Position numbers and translations under genes: made by a program. A DNA stretch of 64,000 nt from a virus. Positions 33,512 to 44,944 of the stretch are shown here, in pieces; the stretch's first letter is position 1; each line of letters starts with the position of its first letter. A model generated the notes under the pieces. It was not told the origin of the DNA and searched no databases. It saw nothing but the letters and a program-made list of their open reading frames with translations. The stretch lies in the IMG/VR virus record IMGVR_UViG_3300032030_000078, positions 1,001 through 65,000 of that record, one strand, 5' to 3'.

Positions 33512-33926
33512 CTAAACCATAAATTTTATTTTTTCTATTTGTTCATGTGTTATTATTGATTTAACGTCTCTTTGGCAGTAATCAATCTCGCTATCATCTG
33601 AATTATAATCATTACACCTAATTACTACCCTTGCCCCATTCAGGTAAACAAAATCATCGACTTTGTCTCCGTTAATATAGTCACCGTTGCTCTACTAAAT
33701 CAATTATATTATAACTATTTTTGCCTAAGATTATTTTATTAATTTCAGTTATATCAAATTCATCTGGAACAAATCCTGCTCCTACCACAAAACCTGTTTC
33801 TTGTTCAATTATAATTTTAGAAATTTTATCAATTTCCCATTTTGTTATTTTTCCATCGTATCGGTTATAAAAATATACAGGTTTTGGTGGATTGTTTAAC
33901 TTTTCTTGTGTCTCTTTTTTATTCAT
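33512..33926 (-). CDS. hypothetical phage protein (one CGG +1 site)
   Basis: ...GKNSYNIIDLVEQ[G]DYINGDKVDDFVYLNGARVVIRCNDYNSDDSEIDYCQRDVKSIITHEQIEKIKFMV*; CGG 33684-33686; 415 nt = 3n+1. Confidence 0.75.
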
Positions 33927-34056
33927 TCATATTACCCCCTATTTTCAATTTTAAGCACTTTTTATATTTAAGTAATATAATTTGTTGTCTAAACTATAAA
34001 AAGTTCTAATTTTGCTATTTTTGTTTAAATCTGCACTATATAAATTGATTGTATAA

Positions 34057-35067
34057 TCAAGTATTATAATTTTGCCAATCAGTTACTAAACAATTTTCGT
34101 TAAAATACTCTTTTTGTAATTGTGTCATATCTGCAACTGGTAATTTTTCTAAATACTTTTCTTTTTCTATATCTGACAATTTATTAAACTCAATATCATT
34201 TAATGTGCTTTTACCTATATCATGGTTTGCTGTATTATCAAATGTTGGTTTTGAACTATAACTTATTTTTGGTGTTCCTTTAAAAGTATTTTTTTGATTT
34301 AAATAATCTTCGAAATGAGATTCTTTAAATAAAGTGCTAGGTTTAACATAATCTTCATACGTAGTTCCTTTCCATTCTTGCCATTTTTTGTCTATAACGT
34401 CATAAAAATCATCTAAAACAAACCCATCTTTAAATCTTGCTTTAATAAGTGAAACTGTATCTTTTCTATTATAGGTGTATTTTTTACCTGTGGTTTCATT
34501 TAAATAGTCTATAATACATTTTATATTTTCTTTTAATAGTTCTTCTTTTTTAATTGCTTTTATAGTTTTTTCAGATTTATTTAAAAAATCTTCTGTTTCA
34601 ATATTATCTATATTTTCATTTATTTTATTTTTTTCTTTTGTTTCTTTTTCTATATCTAATTTATTAGATATAGATTTGTTTAATACATTATTTTCAACAT
34701 CTTGAAAAACAACATCTTGATTTTTAAGTTCTTGTTCAAAAGTTTCAACCTTAAAAGTTTTATTAATTATATCCTGTCTAGGTTCAGCAAATATATAATA
34801 TGCCCAATCTTTTATTCGCCCATTTTGATAGATATGCTTTTTAGTATGATATCCATTAATTTCTAATTCTTTTAATAAATTAGTTATTTCATACTTACTA
34901 GTTCCAGTTTGTTTAGCAATTCCTGATATTGTAAAATCCCAATTATTCGGCAATGATAACATGTATCCTAAAAGCCCCTTTGCCGCCAAACTAATTTCTT
35001 TATTTTGTAAAAAATCATTTTTTAGTATGGTTGTTTTATTGAAAATTAATTTTTTAAATATAGGCAT
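34057..35067 (-). CDS. DnaD-like replisome organizer / replication initiation protein
   Basis: SLAAKGLLGYMLSLPNNWDFTISGIAKQTGTSKYEITNLLKELEINGY... and C-terminal DnaD-like IIDYLNETTGKKY. Confidence 0.75.
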   Translation of the reverse strand: MPIFKKLIFNKTTILKNDFLQNKEISLAAKGLLGYMLSLPNNWDFTISGIAKQTGTSKYEITNLLKELEINGYHTKKHIYQNGRIKDWAYYIFAEPRQDIINKTFKVETFEQELKNQDVVFQDVENNVLNKSISNKLDIEKETKEKNKINENIDNIETEDFLNKSEKTIKAIKKEELLKENIKCIIDYLNETTGKKYTYNRKDTVSLIKARFKDGFVLDDFYDVIDKKWQEWKGTTYEDYVKPSTLFKESHFEDYLNQKNTFKGTPKISYSSKPTFDNTANHDIGKSTLNDIEFNKLSDIEKEKYLEKLPVADMTQLQKEYFNENCLVTDWQNYNT

Positions 35068-35073
35068 AGTTAT

Positions 35074-35391
35074 TTATTCCTCCTCAACAAATTTTATTAA
35101 TCCTAATTTAAATAAATCTTCAAAAATTTCTGGTATATCAAACAAATCACATGTTGTATTAGTAATTGAATCATATGTGGTTTTATTGTTAACCACGGTC
35201 ACTCTAAATTTAAAATATCCATTTTTATCTACTAATATTTCCAATATTTTATTATCTGTATTCTTAACTAAATATTCGTACCAAATATTTTGGGTATCTT
35301 CAATATTTACTTTTTCAAATCCTAATTCTTCTAAAAAATGAAATGGAATAGCTAATCCATCATGAATTTTTTTTAATTTTAATCTTTTCAT
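35074..35391 (-). CDS. hypothetical protein
   Basis: Start at MKRLKLKKI preceded by AGGAGG; track start at 35439 is an upstream extension. Confidence 0.5.
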   Translation of the reverse strand: MKRLKLKKIHDGLAIPFHFLEELGFEKVNIEDTQNIWYEYLVKNTDNKILEILVDKNGYFKFRVTVVNNKTTYDSITNTTCDLFDIPEIFEDLFKLGLIKFVEEE

Positions 35392-35415
35392 ATTAAACCT
35401 CCTATAAATAAAATA

Positions 35416-35455
35416 AAAAGTGATATAAGAATTCCGCAAAACTTATATCACTTTT
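35416..35455. terminator. 14-bp perfect hairpin, possible terminator or leader structure
   Basis: AAAAGTGATATAAG ... CTTATATCACTTTT. Confidence 0.6.
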
Positions 35456-35526
35456 AAATATATATAAAACGATTGTTTATCGTATTTATAACACTATTAA
35501 ATTGTCTACGGAATTTTATTATAATT

Positions 35527-35555
35527 ATTATACTATATTTTTAATAAAAAATCAA
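35527..35555 (-). promoter_or_regulatory. sigmaA-type promoter
   Basis: Minus strand TTGATT - 17 nt - TATAAT. Confidence 0.5.
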
Positions 35556-35794
35556 TACAATTTATTAAATTTAATCTAATTTTTTTCCACAATATGGACA
35601 ATATGATATTGGTAATTTGCCTATAAGATGGTGGTCTTTATAATTATTATCATAATAACTTACTTCTGCTAATATATTTTTATCATCTTTATAAATTGCT
35701 AAATATAGTCCAATTGTATTATTATCGTTTCTCCATATTTTAGCAGCCAATTTATTATTATCTTTATTTTCACATTTCCAACACATAATATCAC

Positions 35795-36020
35795 CTACCT
35801 CAAAAATGTTTTAATTATTTCCTCAATTTGATTGTCTACTTGTTTATTGCAATCATCAATTAATAATTGTCTTTCTTTATCGGCATCAACATCATTAAAA
35901 TTATCTATTTGTCTTTCTTCTCCGATATTCTATCGTATAGTATTTTTCTTGAATCTTTACACTTGCACGACTTGAAAATTTTATTGTTTTTGGTATTGCT
36001 TTTGATATATATTGTTCCAT
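35795..36020 (-). CDS. small phage protein missed by the ORF track (one CGG +1 site)
   Basis: MEQYISKAIPKTIKFSSRASVKIQEKYYTIEY[G]EERQIDNFNDVDADKERQLLIDDCNKQVDNQIEEIIKTFLR*; CGG 35922-35924; 226 nt = 3n+1; SD AGGAGG. Confidence 0.8.
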
Positions 36021-36416
36021 ATTATACCTCCTTAAAATGGTAACATATCTTTATCTGTCATATCTAAATCTTTAATAATTTGGTCTAACATATCACAAAT
36101 TTCGTATCCTTCAACTGTATTTATATCTTTTCCGTAATATTCACATATTCTTTTAGCCTGTTCCATTGTTATTCCATAATATAATAAATTATCACTTACT
36201 ATCATAATTTATTCTCCTCCTCAACTATTTCATTTCTAATTTGTTGTAAGTTATTAATTAAATCATCTAATTGTTCTATACTATTTATACTAAACCCTGA
36301 ACTATATTTTGCTATTTTTATATCTGTAATCACATCACAAATTCTATTAATTATTAAATATATAATTATAAATGCTATTATAAGATCTAACCAAAACCAT
36401 TGGTTTTCCAACATAA

Positions 36417-37040
36417 TTATTCTCCCCTCTTTACGCTAACTTTTAAAGTTATAATTTCTTTTGTTTCTTTATAAGGTGCTAATATTGCAGGGTCTAATTT
36501 CCCGTTATAAATCATATCTTCTACTTTATCCCAATTAATAACTGGAACTAAATCAATAGTTTCTTTAGCATCTATCTCTAGTAATTTTTCTATTAAAGCA
36601 GGTTCATTAAAATTTTCTCTTTGTTGTATATTCATTTTTGCTATCAATCCATTATCTGTTTCAAATTCTCCTGTATTTAAATGTAACATTAATTCTTTTA
36701 TTTCTTTATTTGTTGTATCAGTTGCCTTTTTATAAAAATCTAAGTTTGCTTTATCTTGATAATAACCTCTTATAAGAGTATTTAACAATCCTTCATCTTT
36801 ATTAAATGATAATAACTTTTCTTCATTAAATGTTTCCTCAGGTAATGGCACTTGTATATCTTTTGGTATAATACTTTCAAATTCTTGTATAGTATATTCT
36901 TTATCATCTTCAAAATATTTTGTATCTAATAAGGATATTTTTAATTTTAAGCACCATTCTGTTATGGTATGTGTGTCGGCTTGTTTATCAGCGTTAAAAT
37001 TTGTTGGGATATCATTTATTCCATTTATTTCTCTACTCAT
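36417..37040 (-). CDS. hypothetical phage protein (siphovirus Gp157-like layout)
   Basis: ORF with strong composition, no clear motif. Confidence 0.4.
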   Translation of the reverse strand: MSREINGINDIPTNFNADKQADTHTITEWCLKLKISLLDTKYFEDDKEYTIQEFESIIPKDIQVPLPEETFNEEKLLSFNKDEGLLNTLIRGYYQDKANLDFYKKATDTTNKEIKELMLHLNTGEFETDNGLIAKMNIQQRENFNEPALIEKLLEIDAKETIDLVPVINWDKVEDMIYNGKLDPAILAPYKETKEIITLKVSVKRGE

Positions 37041-37521
37041 TTATTTTTCCTCCTTTTTATATTTCTTAAATAATCCATTATGTGTATGAGGTACCCACTC
37101 GCTAAATGCTAATATTGCAGGTATATCTTTTTCATCCCATACTCTATCACCTCTATTTCCAATTATTTCATATTTTGGTAATATAGGCATTCCCTCTTTT
37201 TGTAATTGTATTAATATTTCCATAGGTGTTTCATTAATAAATTGATACCATCTTTTTATTGTGTATGCAGTTTTTCCTATCCTAGCTGCCACTTGACTTG
37301 TTGTTAATTTTGCCACCTGTATTCACCTCCTCCAATTCCTCAAATAAATATAATATTTGATACTGTTTTTTTATTAATGTATTTGTTTTAATTGCCCTGT
37401 CAAAACTTCTAGGTCTAATATTAAGAAATTTAATAATTTCCATTAATGTTCCAACTCTCATAAGCTGTTCTTTATTTTTTAAATCATATACTCCATAAAT
37501 TCTCATTTGTATACTTCCTTT

Positions 37522-37749
37522 CTATTTATTTTTTCTTGTGTCTTTTTCTGAATTATTCTTTTTCATTACTATTACAGATAAACTAACTGCTAAAACTAAT
37601 TCAACAATTCTGGTTATATAATTACTATCTAAATCATAAATATATTTTGCAACTTCTTGAATAAGATATGTTATTTTTGGACTTACTATATAAATTAAAC
37701 CTAACATCACAATAAATAATATAATTTTAATAATTTTTATTTTACTCAT
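37522..37749 (-). CDS. small membrane protein, possible holin
   Basis: Two TM-like segments, next to lysozyme. Confidence 0.45.
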   Translation of the reverse strand: MSKIKIIKIILFIVMLGLIYIVSPKITYLIQEVAKYIYDLDSNYITRIVELVLAVSLSVIVMKKNNSEKDTRKNK

Positions 37750-37765
37750 TTTACTTTACCTACCT

Positions 37766-38395
37766 TTACAAAATTTCCTTTAAAAATAATTCTTTTTCTG
37801 CCAACCTTCTTTTTGTTAATCCCTTTTTATATTTAGAACTACCACTTCCTGTATATGCTGTAATATGTTCTGCTATTTCTGTTACTGTTCTATTTTTTGT
37901 CAATTTCTTTAAATTAGAATTTCCACAATTAAATGTAAAACTTACTAAAGCATCAAATTGGTTTTGATTTAATTTTAAATTTAATTTATTAACACAATTT
38001 ATTGCAGTTTCTAAATCTTGCTTCAAATAATCTTCTGCTTGTTCTTCTGTTATTATTTGTCCTTCATGTATACTTGATGTACTATGCCCATATCCTATTG
38101 TATATTTTGATTCACCTTCTAATTTATATGCCTCTAAATGTAATCCTTCAAATTTCTTAATTAAATCAATGCAATTTTGTGATATATCATTTATTTGTCT
38201 TTCTTGCCTAGGTTCTTCTGCACTTCGACTTAATGATAATTCCTCATGTTCTAGTATAGTCGGTGGCAGTTCTTCATTATCTACTTCTTGAATTTGTTGC
38301 TCATCTATTTCTAATATTTCATTAAATAATGGTTTCTGTGGTAATATTGTAATTAATATTGCCAAAATTATATTTATAACTATTAATCTTTTCAT
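37766..38395 (-). CDS. GH24-type phage lysozyme with N-terminal signal/anchor
   Basis: CIDLIKKFEGLHLEAYKLEGESKYTIGYGHSTSSIHEGQIITEEQAEDYL...LVSFTFNCGNSNLKKLT. Confidence 0.9.
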   Translation of the reverse strand: MKRLIVINIILAILITILPQKPLFNEILEIDEQQIQEVDNEELPPTILEHEELSLSRSAEEPRQERQINDISQNCIDLIKKFEGLHLEAYKLEGESKYTIGYGHSTSSIHEGQIITEEQAEDYLKQDLETAINCVNKLNLKLNQNQFDALVSFTFNCGNSNLKKLTKNRTVTEIAEHITAYTGSGSSKYKKGLTKRRLAEKELFLKEIL

Positions 38396-38439
38396 TTGTT
38401 GACTTTACCTACCTTTACTTTATTTCTTAACCTATATTT

Positions 38440-38468
38440 ATTATACTATATTATAATAAATATGTCAA
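38440..38468 (-). promoter_or_regulatory. consensus sigmaA-type promoter
   Basis: Minus strand TTGACA - 17 nt (TATTTATTATAATATAG) - TATAAT. Confidence 0.85.
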
Positions 38469-38486
38469 TAGTTTTTATAATTTTAT

Positions 38487-41072
38487 TTATGAAAGTAAAA
38501 ATTCAATTAACTGAGTTTTATTTTGATTAGTTAATTTTCCGTCTACTAATAAATCCGCCATAGCACCCTTTTTTTCAACCAATTCATGTATTCTTTCATC
38601 AATAGTATTTTTGCAGATTAAGAATATTATATTTATATTTTCAGCTGTTCCGATTCTATGTGCTCTGTCCTCTGCCTGTTCCCTTGTGGCTCTTGTCCAC
38701 GGCTCATCTAAGAATATTACATAAGTTGCTTTGGTTAATGTCAATCCTGTTCCGCATTGCACCAGTAGTACCAATTATAATTTTACAAGTATCATCTTCC
38801 ATGAATTTCTTTTCTTGAGTTACTCTGTCTTTTGTTTCGCCTGTTATAATAGCGGGATTATATTTTTTGTATCTTTCATAAGTTGGATTAGTCATAGAAG
38901 TCCAATTACTGAATATTATTGCTTTATGTCCATTTCCTATAATTTCCTCTAATAATTCATCTAATCGTTCTAGTTTTGCACTTTCTTTTATTTTGCTACT
39001 TAATATTCCTGTATAACCTGTTGCCTGTCTTAATCTCATCATTTCAGCAAGTGGATTTACTGCATTTACAACTAAATCAATATTTTGTTTTGTTTCTTGA
39101 TATACTTCTTTATAGATTTTTTCTTGTTTTGGGGTCATTTCAACATATTCGATTGTATATATTTTTTCAGGTAAATCTAAAACATCTTTTTTTAATCTTC
39201 TTAACATTATATCTTCAAATTGTTCTTTCAGTTGGTCTAAATGTTTATATCCCATTACTTGATAACCGCCGAATCCACCCATTATGCAATAATGATTTTT
39301 AAAACTGTAAAATGTATGTTTTTCATAACCTAACCATTTCATAGGGGCGTATAAGTCTAATGGATTATTCATTAAAGGCGTTCCTGTCATTGCTATCATT
39401 GTTTCTGCATGTAATTTCAATAAGTGTTTTCCTTGAATGCTTGTAACTGACTTTGCTTTGTGAATTTCATCTACAACTATCATATTTATTATTTGTTTAT
39501 CACATAAAATCTTCAATTGTTTAATTATAGTTTCATCTCTTAAAGTTTCAATATTAGTTATTAAAAAATAAGGATATAAATCATCTAAAATTTGCATATT
39601 AATTAAATCTTCAGACCTATTAGCCATATTACCTATATATTCTTTATCTTTCCTGTATCTAGTTCCTAAAATATATGCTTTCTCATTACTATGCTTTTCA
39701 ACTTCTGCTTTCCAATTCCATTTAAGCCCATTTACACCACATATAATTAAACAATGTCTATAATTTTTTTGTTGTTTCTTTATACAAGCAATATGAATGA
39801 CCTGTGCGGTTTTGCCACAATTATGAACAATAAAATTATTACATACAAAATTATGTATTCTTTCATTTTTATCTAATATAATATCATATACATCTTGTCT
39901 AATATCCTTTTCAATTTTAGTAATTTTACATTCTTGTGGACACAAATATATAGTAGTATGTCCCCTCTTAATTTCTGTAACATTTTCATTAAATTGAGGT
40001 AAACTATACATTTTTGTGTCACTATGAATTTTTGCATGTTCCGACTTTGTCAACATTTGTAAATTTTCTAATCTATTATCTGTCTTTATAGCATTTTTAT
40101 GATGTACTACATATATAGAAGTATCTATTTCATAACCTAGATATTGTTCATATACATAAATATGCTCTAATATTCCATCTTTATAATTTTTTCTTTTTCT
40201 TAATGGTTTACCTCGTAATACAACATATCCATCTTCATTTAATTTTTTAGAAATATAATCTCCTTTATATTTTCTGCCATCTTTTAACCATTTATTCACA
40301 CAAGTATGACAGTAACCTTTATATTTTGCATATTGATATGTTACTAAATTTTCAGTAGTTCCACACATTGGGCAACATTCAATTCCATTATTAAATACAG
40401 TATCACCCACAGATAAATTTTGAGCTTCTATCCAACCTTTTGGGGTGTAAATTAGATGGTCAGGAGTACAACTTATATAATGATTATCTGTATAAATTCG
40501 TATAGTTTCTTTATACCCACTATAAATTACATCTTTTATACTATAATATCTAAATCTACCGTTTATTAAACTTTTAATTTGCATATTTTTATAAAATCTA
40601 GTATTTTCGTTATGAAAATTCTTATATAGATTTTTTAATTTCATTTTTATAGTAGTTTTATCATTTGGACATTTAACTTGTACTTTACAATTTTCGCCTA
40701 TACAACCTTGTTCATCTCCGTAATAAAAATCTATCATATTTAAGTCCATAATTAATACCCTCTATTTGATGTTTAAATGGCTCTATTTTAAACTTATAGT
40801 CTTTAGGTATATAATTATATTCTTTACCGTTCAAAATGCAAATTTGACGTATTTTTACGTAAATCTGATATATTTAATTCATAATCTTTTAATGCCTCTT
40901 TCAATTTATCAAAACTTTTAATCGGTAATTCCCATTCTCTAATATTTGGATTATAATATCTAATAGATTGTTCTTTTATTTTATTTACTATTATTGGGTC
41001 ATAAGGAAATGAAACATATAAACTATATTCTCCATTACATTTATTTGATTTATCTATTTTTATATTTATCAA
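38487..41072 (-). CDS. SNF2-family DNA helicase with in-frame intein (three CGG +1 sites)
   Basis: ...NTSNLHFE[G]KEYNYIPKDYKFKIEPFKHQIEGINYGLKYDRFLL[G]DEQG-(intein)-CGKTAQVIHIACIKKQ...FLDLPEK...IIIGTTGAM[G]TGLTLTKATYVIFLDEPWTRATREQAEDRAHRIGTAENINI; CGG 40827-40829, 40716-40718, 38751-38753 (the coordinates of this gene's three sites are approximate to a few nt); 2586 nt = 3n+3. Confidence 0.94.
39820..40704 (-). mobile_element. intein (about 295 aa) with HNH-type homing endonuclease, inserted in SNF2 Walker A motif
   Basis: Starts at Cys (CIGENCKVQV...), block B-like CTPDHLIYTPKGWIEAQNLSVGD, HNH region YLGYEIDTSIYVVHHKNAIKTDNRLENL, ends ...IHNFVCNNFIVHN|C; removal restores LLGDEQG-CGKTAQ. 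Confidence 0.93.
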
Positions 41073-41872
41073 GTTTACACCTCCAATAAATTATTTACTT
41101 TTTCAATATCAATAAATTGTGTATTGTTATCTATTCTATTACATAATTCAGTCATTACTAAGACTGCAATTTCTTCATTATCATAAGTATCAATTAATTC
41201 ATTTTCTAGCATTAAATTATATCCCATAAATGTATTATCATGATAATGTTCTAGTATTTCGAATTGGTCACCTAAATTAAATTTTACAATTTCATCATTT
41301 CCATTTAAAATTTTAATCATACTGATTAACCTCCTTAAATAAGGTGTTTAGTGCTAGTTTAGATAATACCCAACTTATTTGATTGCATTCATCAATAATA
41401 CAAGGACTTCCCCAATTATTTTCTCTTATATAATAGGTCATACCTATAGTTAATTTTTTATCGTTTATTATATGTCCTCCAATGTATTTATATTTTTTAC
41501 AAGTATTGTTATCTCTATGTTCAATAATCTTCATATTTCTTTACCTACCTTTCTCCTAATTTAATGTATTATATATATCTACAATAAATTTATCTATATC
41601 TGTATCAAGCATTTCTTCCATAGTTTCAGGGTTTGTTATATCATTTTGAATTAATAAGTTTATAATATAGTCCTTTACTATGTCTGAAAATAAGGTAAAA
41701 TTATTTGATTCTATATTATTAATATTTAATCTTACAAAATCAATAACCTCAATTTCATCATCTTTAAAAACTCCGTTATCCACTAACATAATAGTTAATA
41801 AATCCTTTACAATTTCAAAATCTAAAAATAATTCTTTCATATTTCTTTACCTACCTTTCCTTAACTTAAATT

Positions 41873-41901
41873 TATTATACTATATTATAATTAATTTGTC
41901 A
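41873..41901 (-). promoter_or_regulatory. consensus sigmaA-type promoter
   Basis: Minus strand TTGACA - 17 nt (AATTAATTATAATATAG) - TATAAT. Confidence 0.85.
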
Positions 41902-41959
41902 ATATAATTTTATAAAAATAAAAAAAGAATTATCTAAAACTAGATAATTCAATATATGG

Positions 41960-42030
41960 AGGTGTGTATAGGAATTGCACCTATGTAAAAAGTTTTGCAG
42001 ACTTCCTCCTCACTACTCGGACAACACACC
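41960..42030 (-). tRNA. tRNA-Cys (anticodon GCA)
   Basis: GGTGTGT/ACACACC acceptor, TCC/GGA D stem, GAAGT-CTGCAAA-ACTTT anticodon arm, ATAGG-TGCAATT-CCTAT T arm. Confidence 0.8.
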
Positions 42031-42731
42031 ATATATAATTAGCCTTATTTCAAGGCTAATTAATAATTGATTTCCAATAACAATAAAGTTTCTCATCTTC
42101 GGTATGTTTTGCATCAGAATCATAGTACCAATCTTCTGCCATTTGTATATATCTTTGTAAAGTTTCATTATTCATTTCTTCGCCTAATACGTCCCCAAAA
42201 TCAGAATATAACATATTCATTATAACATATGCAGATATAATTGGTAAATTAAATTGATATTGATTTTTTAGTTGCTCTATCTCATTTAAAGACCATTTTG
42301 CTTTAGGTTGCATTTTATTTACCCATTCTTTTGCCATATTTCCATCTAATACTTTACCCATAGCAATTTCATATAAATCACATTCTATTTTATTATAAGT
42401 ATCTTCATCAACATCTTTTATATAAAATATAGTGTCCTCTAACACATCTCTTAAATCTTCCATTTTCTTATTGTCATTGGAATTTATTATTTTATCGATG
42501 TAAATTTTGTGCATTTGTTGAATCTCCTTTCAACAATTTAATAATTTCCTTATTTTGTTCAATAATTATCTGTAATAAGTCAGTATCTTGATGTTGTAAA
42601 TATTCTAATATTTGTCCATTATTAACTTGACTTTTATTCATTTGCCAAGATTCAAGCTGTGCTATATTCGCCATTACAGATAAAATAAACCAAAAATTTC
42701 TATCTTCATTATTCATTATTAGTTACCTCAA

Positions 42732-43154
42732 TCAAGCAAGTCGTTCAATCGTCAATGACGGATTGTTAACTGTTATAGGGTTTGCTGTATTGTTTTTGAT
42801 TGTAAATATATCACAACAATTACATGGGACTTGAACTAATATTTCTGCTGCTACATTTTCAAATGTATCAACGGTTGTTCCAGGTGTTTGCATTTCTCCA
42901 CCTATAATATTTTCTCCTGCATTTGTTATATTTAAAGTTATTTGTCCGGCTACTGTTGGAGATACATTTGCATTAAAATGTATTTCATATATTCCAGGTT
43001 TTGTAATTTCAAATATTCCACTATTTACACTATTGAAATTTAACCATCCTTTACATCCATTACATGAACCTGTTCTTACATTAGTTCCATTAAATAAAAC
43101 ATTTGCACCTGCATTTACTACTTGAACGGGATTAGTTGATATCGCATTTATCAT
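42732..43154 (-). CDS. C1q/TNF-like (BclA-type) jelly-roll domain protein
   Basis: FNSVNSGIFEITKPGIYEIHFNANVSPTVAGQITLNITNAGENIIGGEM. Confidence 0.6.
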   Translation of the reverse strand: MINAISTNPVQVVNAGANVLFNGTNVRTGSCNGCKGWLNFNSVNSGIFEITKPGIYEIHFNANVSPTVAGQITLNITNAGENIIGGEMQTPGTTVDTFENVAAEILVQVPCNCCDIFTIKNNTANPITVNNPSLTIERLA

Positions 43155-43268
43155 TTTTATTTCCTCCTTATTATAAAAAATAGGGATAGAATATATCTAT
43201 CCCTTGTAAATTTAAGCAAAAATCACAAAATTGTGAAAATAGATATAGATATTATCTAAAATTGCTTA

Positions 43269-44249
43269 TTATAAATAACTTCCATTTCCATTGCATCCGC
43301 ATCCAGGATTTTGGTTGCAAGTGAATATTGGTGTTCTTCCATAAACTGGTGTACTTGGTACTGGGCAGTTTGAAAGTCTATTATATAGAGCATCTACTTC
43401 ATCTGCAAATCCTTTTGAAATAAAGGCATTTTGTGCAGTTTGAGAAGCTTGTAAATCTTTCATTAAAGTTTCTCTTTGTAAATCTGCTATCTTATCATTT
43501 TTAGCATCTAATTGAGCCTTAACTCCGTCTAATTCTAATTGACATAACTTGTCTAATATAGCCTGTGTATTTGCTGTTGCATTTGTGATGATATCACGAG
43601 TGTTATTTGCATCAGCGAAACGAGTTGCATTAGCTTCATTTTGAACTATATTTTGAGTTTGGCAAGTTGCTAATCTGTTGTCGCAGCAGCATTGTGCTAA
43701 TTGACTTTGTAGCCCATTAAATCCGTTTAATGTTGATATTTGGTTACTAAAGTTTTGTTGCATATCTGCTATTTGTCTATTGTTTGCAGCGATTTCTGAA
43801 TTATAAAAACCATTTGTAATTGCACTTGTTACGTTAGCAGTACTATTAGCAACTTGACTTGTTACCCCATGAAATCCATCGCATAATTGAGTTGAAATAT
43901 TATGTACTGCATCTCTAGTTCCTTCAATTTGGTTGCTTAAATGTAATGTATCGAATCCGTTATTAGTGTTATTCATGATTTCTTTTTGTCCATTAGATAA
44001 CCATGCGTATTCATTATTGAATCCGCCACCAAAACCTCCTCCGAAACCATTTCCATTATTTCCCCATCCGCCCATAAGGGCTAAAATAAGGATAAACCAT
44101 AACCATGAGCCGTCTCCAGTCATACCATTTCCAAATCCATTTCCGCCATACATTGGCATTACTGGATAAGGATAGCCATAATTTACATTTCTATCAGTAT
44201 TTCCAACAACTGCTGCCACATCTGCAGGTGACATTCCACTACTTTCCAT
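43269..44249 (-). CDS. Gly/Asn-rich phage structural-type protein
   Basis: MYGGNGFGNGMTGDGSWLWFILILALMGGWGNNGNGFGGGFGGG...; repeats coiled-coil rich in N/Q. Confidence 0.5.
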   Translation of the reverse strand: MESSGMSPADVAAVVGNTDRNVNYGYPYPVMPMYGGNGFGNGMTGDGSWLWFILILALMGGWGNNGNGFGGGFGGGFNNEYAWLSNGQKEIMNNTNNGFDTLHLSNQIEGTRDAVHNISTQLCDGFHGVTSQVANSTANVTSAITNGFYNSEIAANNRQIADMQQNFSNQISTLNGFNGLQSQLAQCCCDNRLATCQTQNIVQNEANATRFADANNTRDIITNATANTQAILDKLCQLELDGVKAQLDAKNDKIADLQRETLMKDLQASQTAQNAFISKGFADEVDALYNRLSNCPVPSTPVYGRTPIFTCNQNPGCGCNGNGSYL

Positions 44250-44944
44250 AATTTAAATTCTCCTTTCTATAATTTAATTTATAATAATTAAAAAATTATT
44301 ATTTCATGTTTTGAATTTGGGACAAAACATTATCAGGTACCCCTAATTGTTTTGCTTGAGTTAATATTTTTTGTTTTGCCTCTGGGCTTGTATTTCCCAT
44401 AAATTGTTGAATTAAAGGTCTTGGGTCTCCATTATTGTGCATTAAATTACTTATCATTTGAAATCCCATCGGATTTTTTGTTTCCAATTGTCTTAGATAT
44501 GTTTGTATTATCGCTGGCATTGGCATTCATAATCGCCCCCTTTAACTCATTAATTTGTTTTTGTAATAATAAAATTGTAGTATCTTGTTCTTTTATCTTT
44601 TTGTCCTTTTCATCAAGTTCAATAACTTCCTCTGTACGATATGTTTTAATATTTCCAGCAACATCTTTAACCCATATAGTTGAAAAATCTTTAGTTGTGA
44701 AAATACCTGTTTTAATAACAAATGTATTTCTAACTTCATCTATATTATTAGCATATTTTCCCTCTAGTTCAGTTGTAGGTTGTGTTGGTGCAAGTTGAAA
44801 ATTTTGTGTTATAGGTTGCATAGGTTGTTGCATTTGATTTTGATTTTGTTGGTATTGTTGCATTTGTCTATCTATTCTATCTCGCATATTTTGTAAATCT
44901 TGCATATAGTAATTATTATAAGGATTATAACCAATTGCCATTTT

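Noticed and set aside
35392-35439. In-frame CGG at the start of track ORF 35074-35439 (apparent counterexample)
   Set aside because: It follows a TTG upstream extension; the real start is MKRLKL at 35391, preceded by AGGAGG, so this CGG is non-coding.
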